Shown one piece after another: positions 17,765 to 26,880 of a stretch of DNA of 64,000 nt. Positions within the stretch are counted from its first letter, which is position 1; each line of letters begins with the position of its first letter. Both the position numbers and the translations under genes were made by a program. Under the pieces are notes generated by a model. That model saw only the letters and a program-made list of their open reading frames with translations. It was not told where the DNA came from and ran no database searches. The stretch covers positions 2,464,001 to 2,528,000 of the forward strand of contig OZ244720.1 in NCBI GenBank assembly GCA_965219085.1. The letters are read 5' to 3'. The stretch comes from Dehalococcoidia bacterium. GTDB taxonomy: Bacteria > Chloroflexota > Dehalococcoidia > UBA2979.

Positions 17765-20266
17765 ATGGATGAGCGTCTGGACGCCCTCGAAGTCGCCACG
17801 GAGGACCTCACGGCGCGCTGCGATCCCGAGACACTGCCGTTCGCCAGCACCGAGGAACTGCACGCCCTCGAAGCCGTCTTCGGGCAGGAACGTGCGGTGC
17901 GCGCCATCGAGTTCGCGCTGGGGATGAAGGCGCCCGGCTACAACCTCTACGCGTCCGGCCCCGACGGCATCGGCAAGGCCTCGATCATCGAGGCACTGCT
18001 GCACCACCGGGCGGAGACCGAACCGGCGCCTTCGGACCGGGTCTACGTCCACAACTTCGAGGATCCCGACCGCCCGGTCGGCATCGAACTGCCCGCAGGC
18101 GCGGCGCCGGGCTTCGCTTCCCAGGCGCGACTCACCGTCGAGCGGGCGATCGAGGACGTGCGCGAGGCGTTCGAGGGCGACTCCTACGTGCGCCAGCGCG
18201 CCGACGTCGGTGGTGGCTCCGACCAGCGCCGCGGCGAGCTCATCCAGGGGCTGCAGCGCCGCGCCGCGGAGATGGGGTTCGCGCTGCAGATGACGCCCCA
18301 GGGCATCATGTCGTCGCCCCTCATCGACGGACAGCCTGCCTCGGACGAGGAGTTCGCCGCGCTGCCTCAGAACCAGCGAGACGAGACGATGCGACTCGCT
18401 CGCGAGGAGCTCGAACCCGTCGTGCAGGACACGCTGCTGCAGATCCGCGGCCTCGAGCGCGAGGCCCGCGAGGCGCTCGGACGCCTCGACGAGGAGGTCG
18501 CGGGCGAGGCGATCGAGGAGCGCTTCGGCCCGCTGCGCGGGCTCCACCCCGACAACGACGACGTGACGGCGTTCCTCGGCGCCGTGCAGGCCGACATCGT
18601 GCGCGAGCGCGACCGCCTGCGCGCGCCAGCGCAGGGCCAGGGGCCCGCGGGCGCCGACCCCGAGCAGCCGCGGCAGGCGCTGCTGCGTCGCTACGAGGTG
18701 AACGCGCTGATCACCAACGACACGAATGGCGGCGCGCCGGTCATCGTCGAGACGAACCCGACCTATCAGAACCTGCTCGGACGCATCGAGTACATCGGGC
18801 AGGCGGGGATGGTCGTCACCGACCACACGATGATCCGCAACGGCTCGCTGGGGCGGGCCAATGGCGGCTACCTGATGCTGCGGATGCGCGACCTGCTCAC
18901 CAACGGCGCGGCGTACGACGGCCTCAAGCGCGCGCTCCACTCCGCCGAGCTGACCATCGAGAGCCTGCAGCAGGCCCTCGGGCTCATCCCCACCGCCGGG
19001 CTACGCCCCGAGCCGATGCCGCTGGACGTGAAGGTCGTGATCATCGGCGACGCCTCGATGTACCCGTACCTCTACCGCCTCGACCCCGACTTCCGGGAGC
19101 TGTTCCGCGTGAAGGCGGACTTCGAGGTCGACTTCGAGCGCAACCGCGAGAACATCCTCGGGCTCTCCTCGGTGATCCACGGCCAGTGCGACCGCGCCGG
19201 CATGGCCTGCTTCTCCGACCGCGCCGTCGCGCGGCTGATCGAGCACTCCTCGCGGCTCGTCGAGGACCAGCGACGGCTCTCCGGCAACATGGGTGCGCTG
19301 CTCGACCTCGTGCGCCAGGCCGACTACTGGGCCAACCAGGACGGCTCCGGCGTCGCGCATCTCCAGCACGTCGAGCGTGCGCTCGAGGAGGGTGTGTACC
19401 GTTCCTCGCTCGTGCGCGACCGCATGCAGCAGCTCATCGACGAGGGCACGGTCTTCATCGACACCGAGGGCGAGCAGGTGGGGCAGATCAACGCGCTGTC
19501 CGTCTACAACCTCGGCGACATCACGTTCGGGCGGCCGTCGCGCATCACCTGCGTGGTCTCGGCCGGCCGCGGCACGATCGTGAACATCGAGCGCGAGAGC
19601 GACATGGCCGGGCGTACCCATAACAAGGGGTTCCTGATCCTGCGAGGCCTCCTCGCCGACCGGCTCGGGCAGGACATGGCGATGGCGCTCCACGCCAGCC
19701 TGACGTTCGAGCAGCTCTACAACGACATCGACGGCGACTCGGCGTCCTCGACGGAGCTGTACGCGCTCCTGTCGGCGCTCGCCGAGGCGCCCATTCGCCA
19801 GTCGATCGCCGTGACCGGCTCGCTCAACCAGCGCGGCGAAGTGCAGCCCATCGGCGGCGCCACCGCCAAGATCGAGGGCTTCTTCGAGGTATGCCGCGCC
19901 CGCGGCCTCGACGGCACGCAGGGCGTGATGATCCCGGCGTCCAACGTCCCGAACGTCGTGCTGCGCCCCGACGTCGCGGATGCCGTTGCGCGCGGCGAGT
20001 TCCACGTCTGGGCCATCGAGCGCATCGAGCAGGGCATCGAGGTGCTCACGGGGGTCCCCGCCGGCGAGCCCGGCGAGGACGGGGCCTACCCACCGGACAC
20101 AATCTTCGGCCGGGTGCAGGCGCGGCTGCGCCGGTTCGCCGAGGCGCTGCGCGGTGGCGCCGCGCCCGGCATCGACCTGGCGCTCGTGCCCGCGCCGCGC
20201 ATGGCGGCGCTGCCCACTCCGGGCGTCCCGCCGCAGCCGCCGCCCGATCCGCCGGTACAGGTCTGA
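17765..20266 (+). CDS. Lon-like protease (LonC/LonB-type AAA + S16 domain)
   Basis: GQERAV, GPDGIGK, ANGGYL, GQINALSV, FEQLY.DIDGDSASS, IGGATAKIEGF (Ser-Lys dyad). Confidence 0.9.
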   Translation: MDERLDALEVATEDLTARCDPETLPFASTEELHALEAVFGQERAVRAIEFALGMKAPGYNLYASGPDGIGKASIIEALLHHRAETEPAPSDRVYVHNFEDPDRPVGIELPAGAAPGFASQARLTVERAIEDVREAFEGDSYVRQRADVGGGSDQRRGELIQGLQRRAAEMGFALQMTPQGIMSSPLIDGQPASDEEFAALPQNQRDETMRLAREELEPVVQDTLLQIRGLEREAREALGRLDEEVAGEAIEERFGPLRGLHPDNDDVTAFLGAVQADIVRERDRLRAPAQGQGPAGADPEQPRQALLRRYEVNALITNDTNGGAPVIVETNPTYQNLLGRIEYIGQAGMVVTDHTMIRNGSLGRANGGYLMLRMRDLLTNGAAYDGLKRALHSAELTIESLQQALGLIPTAGLRPEPMPLDVKVVIIGDASMYPYLYRLDPDFRELFRVKADFEVDFERNRENILGLSSVIHGQCDRAGMACFSDRAVARLIEHSSRLVEDQRRLSGNMGALLDLVRQADYWANQDGSGVAHLQHVERALEEGVYRSSLVRDRMQQLIDEGTVFIDTEGEQVGQINALSVYNLGDITFGRPSRITCVVSAGRGTIVNIERESDMAGRTHNKGFLILRGLLADRLGQDMAMALHASLTFEQLYNDIDGDSASSTELYALLSALAEAPIRQSIAVTGSLNQRGEVQPIGGATAKIEGFFEVCRARGLDGTQGVMIPASNVPNVVLRPDVADAVARGEFHVWAIERIEQGIEVLTGVPAGEPGEDGAYPPDTIFGRVQARLRRFAEALRGGAAPGIDLALVPAPRMAALPTPGVPPQPPPDPPVQV

Positions 20267-20290
20267 GTCCGGCTTGGGCATCGCGCGGGC

Positions 20291-20878
20291 ATGACCACCG
20301 ACGAGCGCGACGACCTGCCGCTGCTCACCCTCGACCTCGACGGGGTGATCTGCGGCCCGCCCTTCGGGGGTGAGCGCGGGCTCAACCTCGGGATCAGCCG
20401 CCGCTTCGTCGACCCGCACGAACGCCCGCACCGCGCTGTCGTCCCGCCTCGCTGGCTGTCGTGGCCCATCGACCACGCGCGGTTCGACCTGCGCCGCCCG
20501 TTGCCGGGCGTCGCGGAGGCGCTGGAGCGGTTGCGCGAGGTGCGCCGCCTCATCGTCGTGACTGGCCGCCGCAGCCCCCCGGACCACTGGCTGCGCTGGC
20601 ACGGCCTGGACGAGTACCTCGACGGTGTCATCGTGAACACCACGTGGCTGCCGAGCCCCCACTTCAAGTGGGGAGCCCTCGTTGTCCTCGAAGCCGCCGA
20701 ACACATCGACGACGACGGCCGCACCACGCAGCTGATCGCCGAGCGCACCGAGGCGCGGCCGTTCCTGCGCGACTGGCCGCGCAACCGCGACCTGCCGTAC
20801 CACGAGCGCGTCGAGCGCGTCGCGGACCTCGGCGCCCTGGCGGACCTGCTCGTGGGTGGCGAGGCGGCCCAGCCCTAG
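20291..20878 (+). CDS. HAD-superfamily hydrolase
   Basis: DLDGV motif I, VTGR motif II, K, HIDDD motif IV. Confidence 0.75.
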   Translation: MTTDERDDLPLLTLDLDGVICGPPFGGERGLNLGISRRFVDPHERPHRAVVPPRWLSWPIDHARFDLRRPLPGVAEALERLREVRRLIVVTGRRSPPDHWLRWHGLDEYLDGVIVNTTWLPSPHFKWGALVVLEAAEHIDDDGRTTQLIAERTEARPFLRDWPRNRDLPYHERVERVADLGALADLLVGGEAAQP

Positions 20879-22171
20879 CAGGGTGCTGAAAAAGGCGCGG
20901 CCATCTGGCAGGATAGCGAAGGCGGCGGGGGCGTAGCCTGGGAGGCAGCCCCGTGCGAGGCGACGCCGAGCGCCAGACCAACATGTTGCTGGCGGTGACG
21001 CCGGACTCCTTCATCCCGGACGACCACCCGATCCGACGCATCAAGCCGATCGTCGATGCAGCGCTGCAGCGGCTCTCGCCGCTCTTCGGCACGATGTACG
21101 CAACGAGCGGGCGGCCCTCGATCCCGCCCGAGCACCTGCTCAAGGCGAGCCTGCTGATCGCGCTCTACTCGATCCGCAGCGAGCGCCAGTTCTGCGAGCG
21201 GCTGCGCTACGACCTGCTCTTCAAGTGGTTCTTGGACCTCAACATCTCAGACGCGCCGTTCGACGCCTCGAGCTTCTCGAAGAACCGCGAGCGCCTGCTC
21301 GCAGCCGATGTCGCGCGCGCCTTCTTCGCCGAGGTGGTGGCCGAGGCAAAGCGCCGCCGGCTGCTCTCCGCCGAGCACTTCACCGTGGACGGGACGCTGC
21401 TGGAGGCCTGGGCCTCGCTCAAGAGCTACCGCCCGCGCGACGGGCAGGAGCCACCCCCGGGCGGACGCAACCCGGACGTGGACTTCCGCGGGCGGCGGCG
21501 CAGCCGCGATACGCATAGCTCCGGCACCGACCCGCAGGCGCAGCTGTACACAAAGGGAGCGGGGCAGACGGCGAAACTGAGCTACATGGGCCATCTGCTC
21601 ACCGAGAACCGTCACGGCCTGGTGCTGGACGTGGAGTTGACCGAGGCGAACGGGTACGCCGAGCGCGAGGCCGCGGTCACGATGCTGGAGCGCAGCGTGA
21701 GCGGCTGCGGGACGCTGGGCGCCGACCGCGGCTACGACACGCGCGACTTCGTGGCGGAACTGCGCGCGCGCGGCGTGACGCCGCACGTGGCGCAAAACGA
21801 CCGCGGCCGCCGCAGCGCCGTGGACGGGCGCACCACGCGGCATCGCGGCTACAGGCAGAGTCAGCAGCGGCGCAAGATCGTGGAGCAGGTCTTCGGCTGG
21901 ATGAAGACCGTGGGCGGCGGGCGCAAGCTGCGTTTCGTGGGCCGCGAGCGCAACCGCGGCTGGCTGGAGCTCACCGCCGCCGCCTACAACCTCGTGCGCA
22001 TGGCCAGGCTCGAACTCGCCCCTGCGTAGGCGCAGTGCGCCCTCCGGCCGGTCCGGGAGCCCTCAGAGGCCCCCGGGGGCAGGTCAGGAGGCCACCATCA
22101 CGAAGCCGGAGGCGGCTTCAAGCCGCCTCTCGCCACTCCGAGACCCCGGAAGGCGCTTCTTCAGCACCCTG
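20879..22171 (+). mobile_element. IS5-like insertion sequence, 1293 bp, intact
   Basis: TIRs CAGGGTGCTGAAAAAG (20879-20894) and CTTCTTCAGCACCCTG (22156-22171), 15/16 match; CTAG direct repeats at 20875-20878 and 22172-22175. Confidence 0.93.
20953..22029 (+). CDS. IS5/IS1182-type DDE transposase
   Basis: GRPSIPPE, SIRSERQ, VDGT, GADRGYD, Y..SQ.RRK.VEQVFGW.K, AAYNLVR. Confidence 0.93.
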   Translation: MRGDAERQTNMLLAVTPDSFIPDDHPIRRIKPIVDAALQRLSPLFGTMYATSGRPSIPPEHLLKASLLIALYSIRSERQFCERLRYDLLFKWFLDLNISDAPFDASSFSKNRERLLAADVARAFFAEVVAEAKRRRLLSAEHFTVDGTLLEAWASLKSYRPRDGQEPPPGGRNPDVDFRGRRRSRDTHSSGTDPQAQLYTKGAGQTAKLSYMGHLLTENRHGLVLDVELTEANGYAEREAAVTMLERSVSGCGTLGADRGYDTRDFVAELRARGVTPHVAQNDRGRRSAVDGRTTRHRGYRQSQQRRKIVEQVFGWMKTVGGGRKLRFVGRERNRGWLELTAAAYNLVRMARLELAPA

Positions 22172-22241
22172 CTAGACGCCAGTCTCACGCGCACGTTAGG
22201 TTCGTGGTTCGAGCGCCCTCGGCGAACGGGTGGAGGCGAGC

Positions 22242-23561
22242 ATGGCCGCAGCGCGCGCGAGCATGTTCTCGTCGCTCTACATCCGTGACTTTCGCCTGCT
22301 CTGGCTCGGCGTGTCGAGTCACTCCGCCGCGCTGTGGACGGAGAACATCGCCCGCCCGTACCTCGTCTACGAGCTGACGGGGTCGCCGGCACAGCTCGGC
22401 CTGGTCATCGTCGCGCGCACGCTGCCGCAGTTCGCGTTCGGCATCTTCGCCGGCGTCGCCATCGACTGGTTCGACCGCAAGCGCGTGCTCCAACTCTCGC
22501 AGATCGGCGCGTTCGTGCTGAATGTGAGCTTCGCCATGCTGCTTGTTGCGGGGCTGCTCGAGCTCTGGCACATCTACGCCGCCGCCGCCATCCGAGGGGT
22601 CACGATGGCGTTCGACCAGCCCGCCCGGCAGTCGCTCGTGCCCGCCGTGGTGCCCCCGGACCGCGTCACGAACGCGATCGCGCTCTTCTCGGCGACCCAG
22701 AACACGATGCGCATCGTCGGCACGGCGGCGTCGGGCTTCCTGATCGCCGCGGTCGGCGTCAATGGCGCCTTCGTCGCCATCGCCATCATCTACGCCGGGA
22801 CCGTCACCGCCACCTCGATGCTGCGCGTGCCGCCGCACGTGCCGCCGTCCGCCACGGGCGCTGGGGCGATGCTGAGCGGGCTCGGCGATGCGATGCGCTA
22901 CGCGTGGCGCACGCCCACCATCCGCGGCGCGATCGGGCTCGCGCTCATCTACTTCGCCTTCGGGCTGTCGTTCATGCAGCTGTTCGCGCCGCTGTTCGCC
23001 CTCGAGGTGCTCGACATCGGGCCGTTCGGGTTCGGGGTGATGATGTCGCTCACGGGCGCGGGATCGCTGGTGGGCGCGCTGGCGATCGCGTCGAGGTCGC
23101 CTCGGCGGCTCGGGGTGCTGGTGCCGCTGATGATGATCGCCTTCGGGTCGCTGTTGATCCTGTTCGCGCTCAGCACGTACCTGCCGGGCGAGCTGGGCCG
23201 GGCGTGGATCGCGCTCTCGCTGGTGCTGGTGTTCGCGGCGGGGCTGTTCCAGTCCGGCGCGTTCGCGCTGGTGCAGGTGATCATGCTCGACGCCGCGCCG
23301 GAGCAGATGCGAGGCCGCCTGATGGGCCTCCTCGCGTTCGACCGCGCCACGATGATGATGGGCGCGGCGGCCGGCGGCCTCCTCGCCCAGACGGTCGGCA
23401 CCCAACCCGCCCAGATCGTCTACGCCCTGCTCGTCATCGTCGGCGCCGTGGCCGTGCTCGTCTTCGCCCCCGGCTTCCGCGCGACGGTGGTGGGGGAGGC
23501 GCGGCGGGGGGCGGAGCGCGAGCAGGGCGTGGCGGAGCGTGAGGGTGCGGCTGCGCGCTAG
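22242..23561 (+). CDS. MFS transporter (DHA3/EntS-like)
   Basis: About 12 TM; FRLLW, AGVAIDWFDRKR, DQPARQSLVP, MRGRLMG. Confidence 0.9.
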   Translation: MAAARASMFSSLYIRDFRLLWLGVSSHSAALWTENIARPYLVYELTGSPAQLGLVIVARTLPQFAFGIFAGVAIDWFDRKRVLQLSQIGAFVLNVSFAMLLVAGLLELWHIYAAAAIRGVTMAFDQPARQSLVPAVVPPDRVTNAIALFSATQNTMRIVGTAASGFLIAAVGVNGAFVAIAIIYAGTVTATSMLRVPPHVPPSATGAGAMLSGLGDAMRYAWRTPTIRGAIGLALIYFAFGLSFMQLFAPLFALEVLDIGPFGFGVMMSLTGAGSLVGALAIASRSPRRLGVLVPLMMIAFGSLLILFALSTYLPGELGRAWIALSLVLVFAAGLFQSGAFALVQVIMLDAAPEQMRGRLMGLLAFDRATMMMGAAAGGLLAQTVGTQPAQIVYALLVIVGAVAVLVFAPGFRATVVGEARRGAEREQGVAEREGAAAR

Positions 23562-24520
23562 AGGTCGAGCGCCGTCTGTGTTGGTTGGCCGCTCGCTGTG
23601 AACATATCCAGTTGTCGGCTGTCCCGAGCCCTCAGCACCTTTACATCCTCGAGCATGATGCCGTGGGGATTGGGGTGCTCAGACTGCAGTCTCGCCTCAG
23701 CGTGCTGGCAGAACTCGGGGTTCAGGTCGATACCGATCCAGCGCCGTCCGATCGATTTTGCCGCGAGCGTAGTCGCACCGGTACCGTTGAACATATCCAG
23801 GACAAGATCTCCGCCGAAACCGGCCTCCGGCGCTTGCGCGAATGAGTACATCAACGCCAGCCGCTGCGGGAGGACGGTTGGGAACGGTGCGGGATGTCCG
23901 CCGGTACGCTTCACATCCTCTGGGTACATAGGCCAGATTTGCATGCTGAGGTTCCTCCACTCAGCTTGTGTGACCTTGCTGGGTTCTTTTGCCGCCTTCG
24001 AAATCGGGTGAGGAGGGCCATCCTTGACGTACACGTTGATGAATTCGATGGTATTGTCTTCGTAGATGTTTGGAGGATACGGGTAACTTCCAAACATCTT
24101 CGTCGTTGTTTGCTTCTTCCACACGAAGAGGCTGTACCGGTGCAGAGCGGGTAGCTCCCGAAGGATAGTCGCCTCAATGTCGAAGGCGATGTTCTTGAGA
24201 TGCCGTGTGTGCTGATTACCGATTTGATCCTTCCGAATGGGCATGATCGGTGTCACGATGGCAAGCTTCCCATTTGGTATGAGAACACGCAGCGTCTCAC
24301 GCCAGACGTTCATTAGCTGGTCAAGGTACCGCTCGTAGCTCGTCTGACCGATTTGGCCTTCAATTCCGTAGTCCACGACGTTCCAGTACGGGGGGCTCGT
24401 GACAGCAAGCGCGACGCACTCATCCGGCAGGCCTCGAAGCGTCGTGTGCGCATCAGCGCATACGATGCGATCGACGAGGTCGCCCGGCCAATGGTGCTGA
24501 TCAGGTATGCGGTATTTCAT
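23558..24520 (-). CDS. Beta-class N4-cytosine/N6-adenine DNA methyltransferase
   Basis: TSPPY (motif IV) precedes HPAPFP and VLDMFNGTGAT (motif I); lower GC than flanks. Confidence 0.9.
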   Translation of the reverse strand: MKYRIPDQHHWPGDLVDRIVCADAHTTLRGLPDECVALAVTSPPYWNVVDYGIEGQIGQTSYERYLDQLMNVWRETLRVLIPNGKLAIVTPIMPIRKDQIGNQHTRHLKNIAFDIEATILRELPALHRYSLFVWKKQTTTKMFGSYPYPPNIYEDNTIEFINVYVKDGPPHPISKAAKEPSKVTQAEWRNLSMQIWPMYPEDVKRTGGHPAPFPTVLPQRLALMYSFAQAPEAGFGGDLVLDMFNGTGATTLAAKSIGRRWIGIDLNPEFCQHAEARLQSEHPNPHGIMLEDVKVLRARDSRQLDMFTASGQPTQTALDL

Positions 24521-24525
24521 ACGTG

Positions 24526-26010
24526 TCAGACCTCGACGGTTGCGAACCCGTGCTGCTTGAATCGAAGGAATTGATCCGCGTCCGGCTTGAGCAATCCGAT
24601 TCTGGAGTATCGCGCCTTGTCGGGGAATTGACTTGCGAGGATGATCCCCCGGACGTTGTCTCTCCCGTTCTGGTAGTTGCCATGGACCCACCCGATATAC
24701 CGTAGAATCTGCCCGAATACGGAGTCCTCCGCAGCCTTTGCTTTGATTTCGACAACCACGTATTTCCCGTCCGCTCCTCGGCACAGTAGGTCGATGCGCC
24801 CGATCGGCGTCTCTACCTGCCTGCCTTCCAGTTGCAGGCCCTGCTCAAGCGTGTGGAGCAAGTCCGGATTGTCCGCGTAGGAGGACTCGATCGCCTTCTC
24901 GATCTCGAGGCGGCTGATCTCGGCTGACTCTTCCTCTGACAGTCGCCCCGCATGCTCTTCGATCTCCTCACGAGCGCGCTCACTCGATTCCGCCGACTGG
25001 ACGGTGAATGCCAGATAGTCGAACCAGGATGGAGTTCGCTCGGGATCCCCGAGGTAGGAAAACCAGTCTTCGCGGCTCGTGAAGCCCGCGACCTTGACGT
25101 CCGTGCTCGCCAATTCCTTGGTGTAATCGGGCTCGCGGATGCGAATCGTCTTGTCGTTGCTGTCGACCTCGAGCCAAGAGGGATAGCAGAAGAAGGACCG
25201 CTGATAGCTCGCGTCTTGCTGGATGCGCTTGAAACGCTTGCCAGGGTCAGGCTCAGCCTTGGTCGGCATGGTCTGGAAGATATCTTGGAGATGCTCCTGT
25301 TCGTCCGTGTTCAGGTTCCGCCAGTGCTCGACATATCGAACCACCCGCTCTAAGTCGTCGTGGTCTCTGGCGAGGTTCAGGAAGAGTTCCTGTTCGTCGA
25401 AAGTTAGGTATCCATTCGATTCTTGAAGGACTTGGAGCAGGAAGATGTGTGGAACCAAACCGCCAAACCCTTCTCGATTCGCGCGCGATTGCAGCGGGTT
25501 GGGATACTGCAGCTTCGCCACTTGCTGCTCCACAACCGACCGCAAAGGCTCGTCGTTGGCGAGCGCTGCGATCATCGCGAACCCTGCGTCCGTGATGATG
25601 ATCTCTTGGGCAGGCTCAGCCCATAGGAACCCGAGGGTCCCTAGTAGGGTGCTGACGATGCGAGGCAGCGCTGTACGGTCCGCAACTGTGGCTTTGGGAT
25701 CCTGTGGATGGAGCAGGTCCCTTTCTGCGAGGCTTGTAAGAAGGCTGTCTTGGGTATCGCGGTTCCATGTTTCATCGAGAAACTCTTCGAATATCAACCG
25801 CAGCGTTTGTGCGCAGAAGAGTACGTTGCCATCATTGAGCACACGCGCCTTCGGGATGTACCAGTAGGTGGGGCACTTACGATAGTCGGACAGTGCGTCA
25901 GAGAACACGTCCCGGAAGGGAAAGTCGCGCCGAAGTCTCTTCCGCCTCTGCGGCACTACGCCCAACCTCGCTCGTCGCGTGGCTCCAGTCTCCAGAATCC
26001 GAGCATACAC
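24526..26010 (-). CDS. Putative restriction endonuclease: helical N-terminal region plus C-terminal NucS/DUF91-like PD-(D/E)xK domain
   Basis: E..IE...GRQV.T.IGRIDLL...VVVEIK...GQILRY..W...VRGIILA; adjacent to MTase; start uncertain (GTG 25908 possible). Confidence 0.7.
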   Translation of the reverse strand: MYARILETGATRRARLGVVPQRRKRLRRDFPFRDVFSDALSDYRKCPTYWYIPKARVLNDGNVLFCAQTLRLIFEEFLDETWNRDTQDSLLTSLAERDLLHPQDPKATVADRTALPRIVSTLLGTLGFLWAEPAQEIIITDAGFAMIAALANDEPLRSVVEQQVAKLQYPNPLQSRANREGFGGLVPHIFLLQVLQESNGYLTFDEQELFLNLARDHDDLERVVRYVEHWRNLNTDEQEHLQDIFQTMPTKAEPDPGKRFKRIQQDASYQRSFFCYPSWLEVDSNDKTIRIREPDYTKELASTDVKVAGFTSREDWFSYLGDPERTPSWFDYLAFTVQSAESSERAREEIEEHAGRLSEEESAEISRLEIEKAIESSYADNPDLLHTLEQGLQLEGRQVETPIGRIDLLCRGADGKYVVVEIKAKAAEDSVFGQILRYIGWVHGNYQNGRDNVRGIILASQFPDKARYSRIGLLKPDADQFLRFKQHGFATVEV

Positions 26011-26037
26011 GCTTGGCGCATGAGTGGCCCCGCCCGC

Positions 26038-26880
26038 CTACACCTCGACGCCCAGGCTCCGCAGCAACGCCATCGCCCGCCCAGGCTCGCCGGCCACGAA
26101 CGGCGGGATGCGCTCCTGCTGCGGCGAGAGCTCGAGGGGGGCGCCGTTGACCTGCAGGATCACGCCGCCCGCGCCGGCGAGGACCGCCGCGCCGCCGGCG
26201 GCGTCCCAGACGGAGCGGGGGCCGGTCGAGAGGTACACGCCGGCCTCGCCCGTCGCGGCGTGGACGAGCTTCACGACCGCCGAGCCCAGCGGGTAGACCT
26301 CGTGCGGGATGCGGTACTGGAGCCGCCGGTGCTCGTAGTCCCAGCGGGAGACGACGATGCGGCCCGGCTCCGCCTCGCCGTCGGCGTCGACGCCCGGAGC
26401 GTCGAGCGGGGCGAGCGGCACGCCGTCGACCCGGGCCTCGCGTCGCCCGTCGGCGACGATGCCGCTGTAGATGACGGGCTCGTCTTCCGCGGGGAGCCCC
26501 GCCGCGCCGAGCACGAGCTGGTCGCCGGCGAAGAAGCCGACCGAGACGCCGAACTCCGGCAGGCCACGGAGGAACTCGCGTGTGCCGTCGAGCGGGTCGA
26601 TCACCCACGTCGGCTCGCCCGCGACGATCGGGTGTTCCTGCTCGGACTCCTCGGAGAGCCAGTGGGCGCCGGCGATGAGCGGCGTGAGCCGCCGATGCAG
26701 GATCTCGTCGGCGGCGTGGTCGGCCTCGGTGACCGGGCCCTCGCCCCACTTGTGGCCGACGCGCACCGAGCCGCGGCGCATGACCGTGCGGATCGCCTCG
26801 CAGGCGTCGTGGACGGCGTCCTCGAGGGCGTCGCGCAGGGCATCGAGGTCGAGCGCGGGCGGGGTGGCGGGCGCGGTCAC
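26038..26880 (-). CDS. Inositol monophosphatase/CysQ family phosphatase
   Basis: VTEAD, LSEE, IDPLDGTREF, WDAAGG; GTG start overlapping upstream stop. Confidence 0.88.
   Translation of the reverse strand: MTAPATPPALDLDALRDALEDAVHDACEAIRTVMRRGSVRVGHKWGEGPVTEADHAADEILHRRLTPLIAGAHWLSEESEQEHPIVAGEPTWVIDPLDGTREFLRGLPEFGVSVGFFAGDQLVLGAAGLPAEDEPVIYSGIVADGRREARVDGVPLAPLDAPGVDADGEAEPGRIVVSRWDYEHRRLQYRIPHEVYPLGSAVVKLVHAATGEAGVYLSTGPRSVWDAAGGAAVLAGAGGVILQVNGAPLELSPQQERIPPFVAGEPGRAMALLRSLGVEV

Noticed and set aside
22960-23300. Apparent shift to G-ending codons within the MFS gene (possible mosaic)
   Set aside because: Visual impression only, with no breakpoints or repeats; cannot be supported without codon statistics
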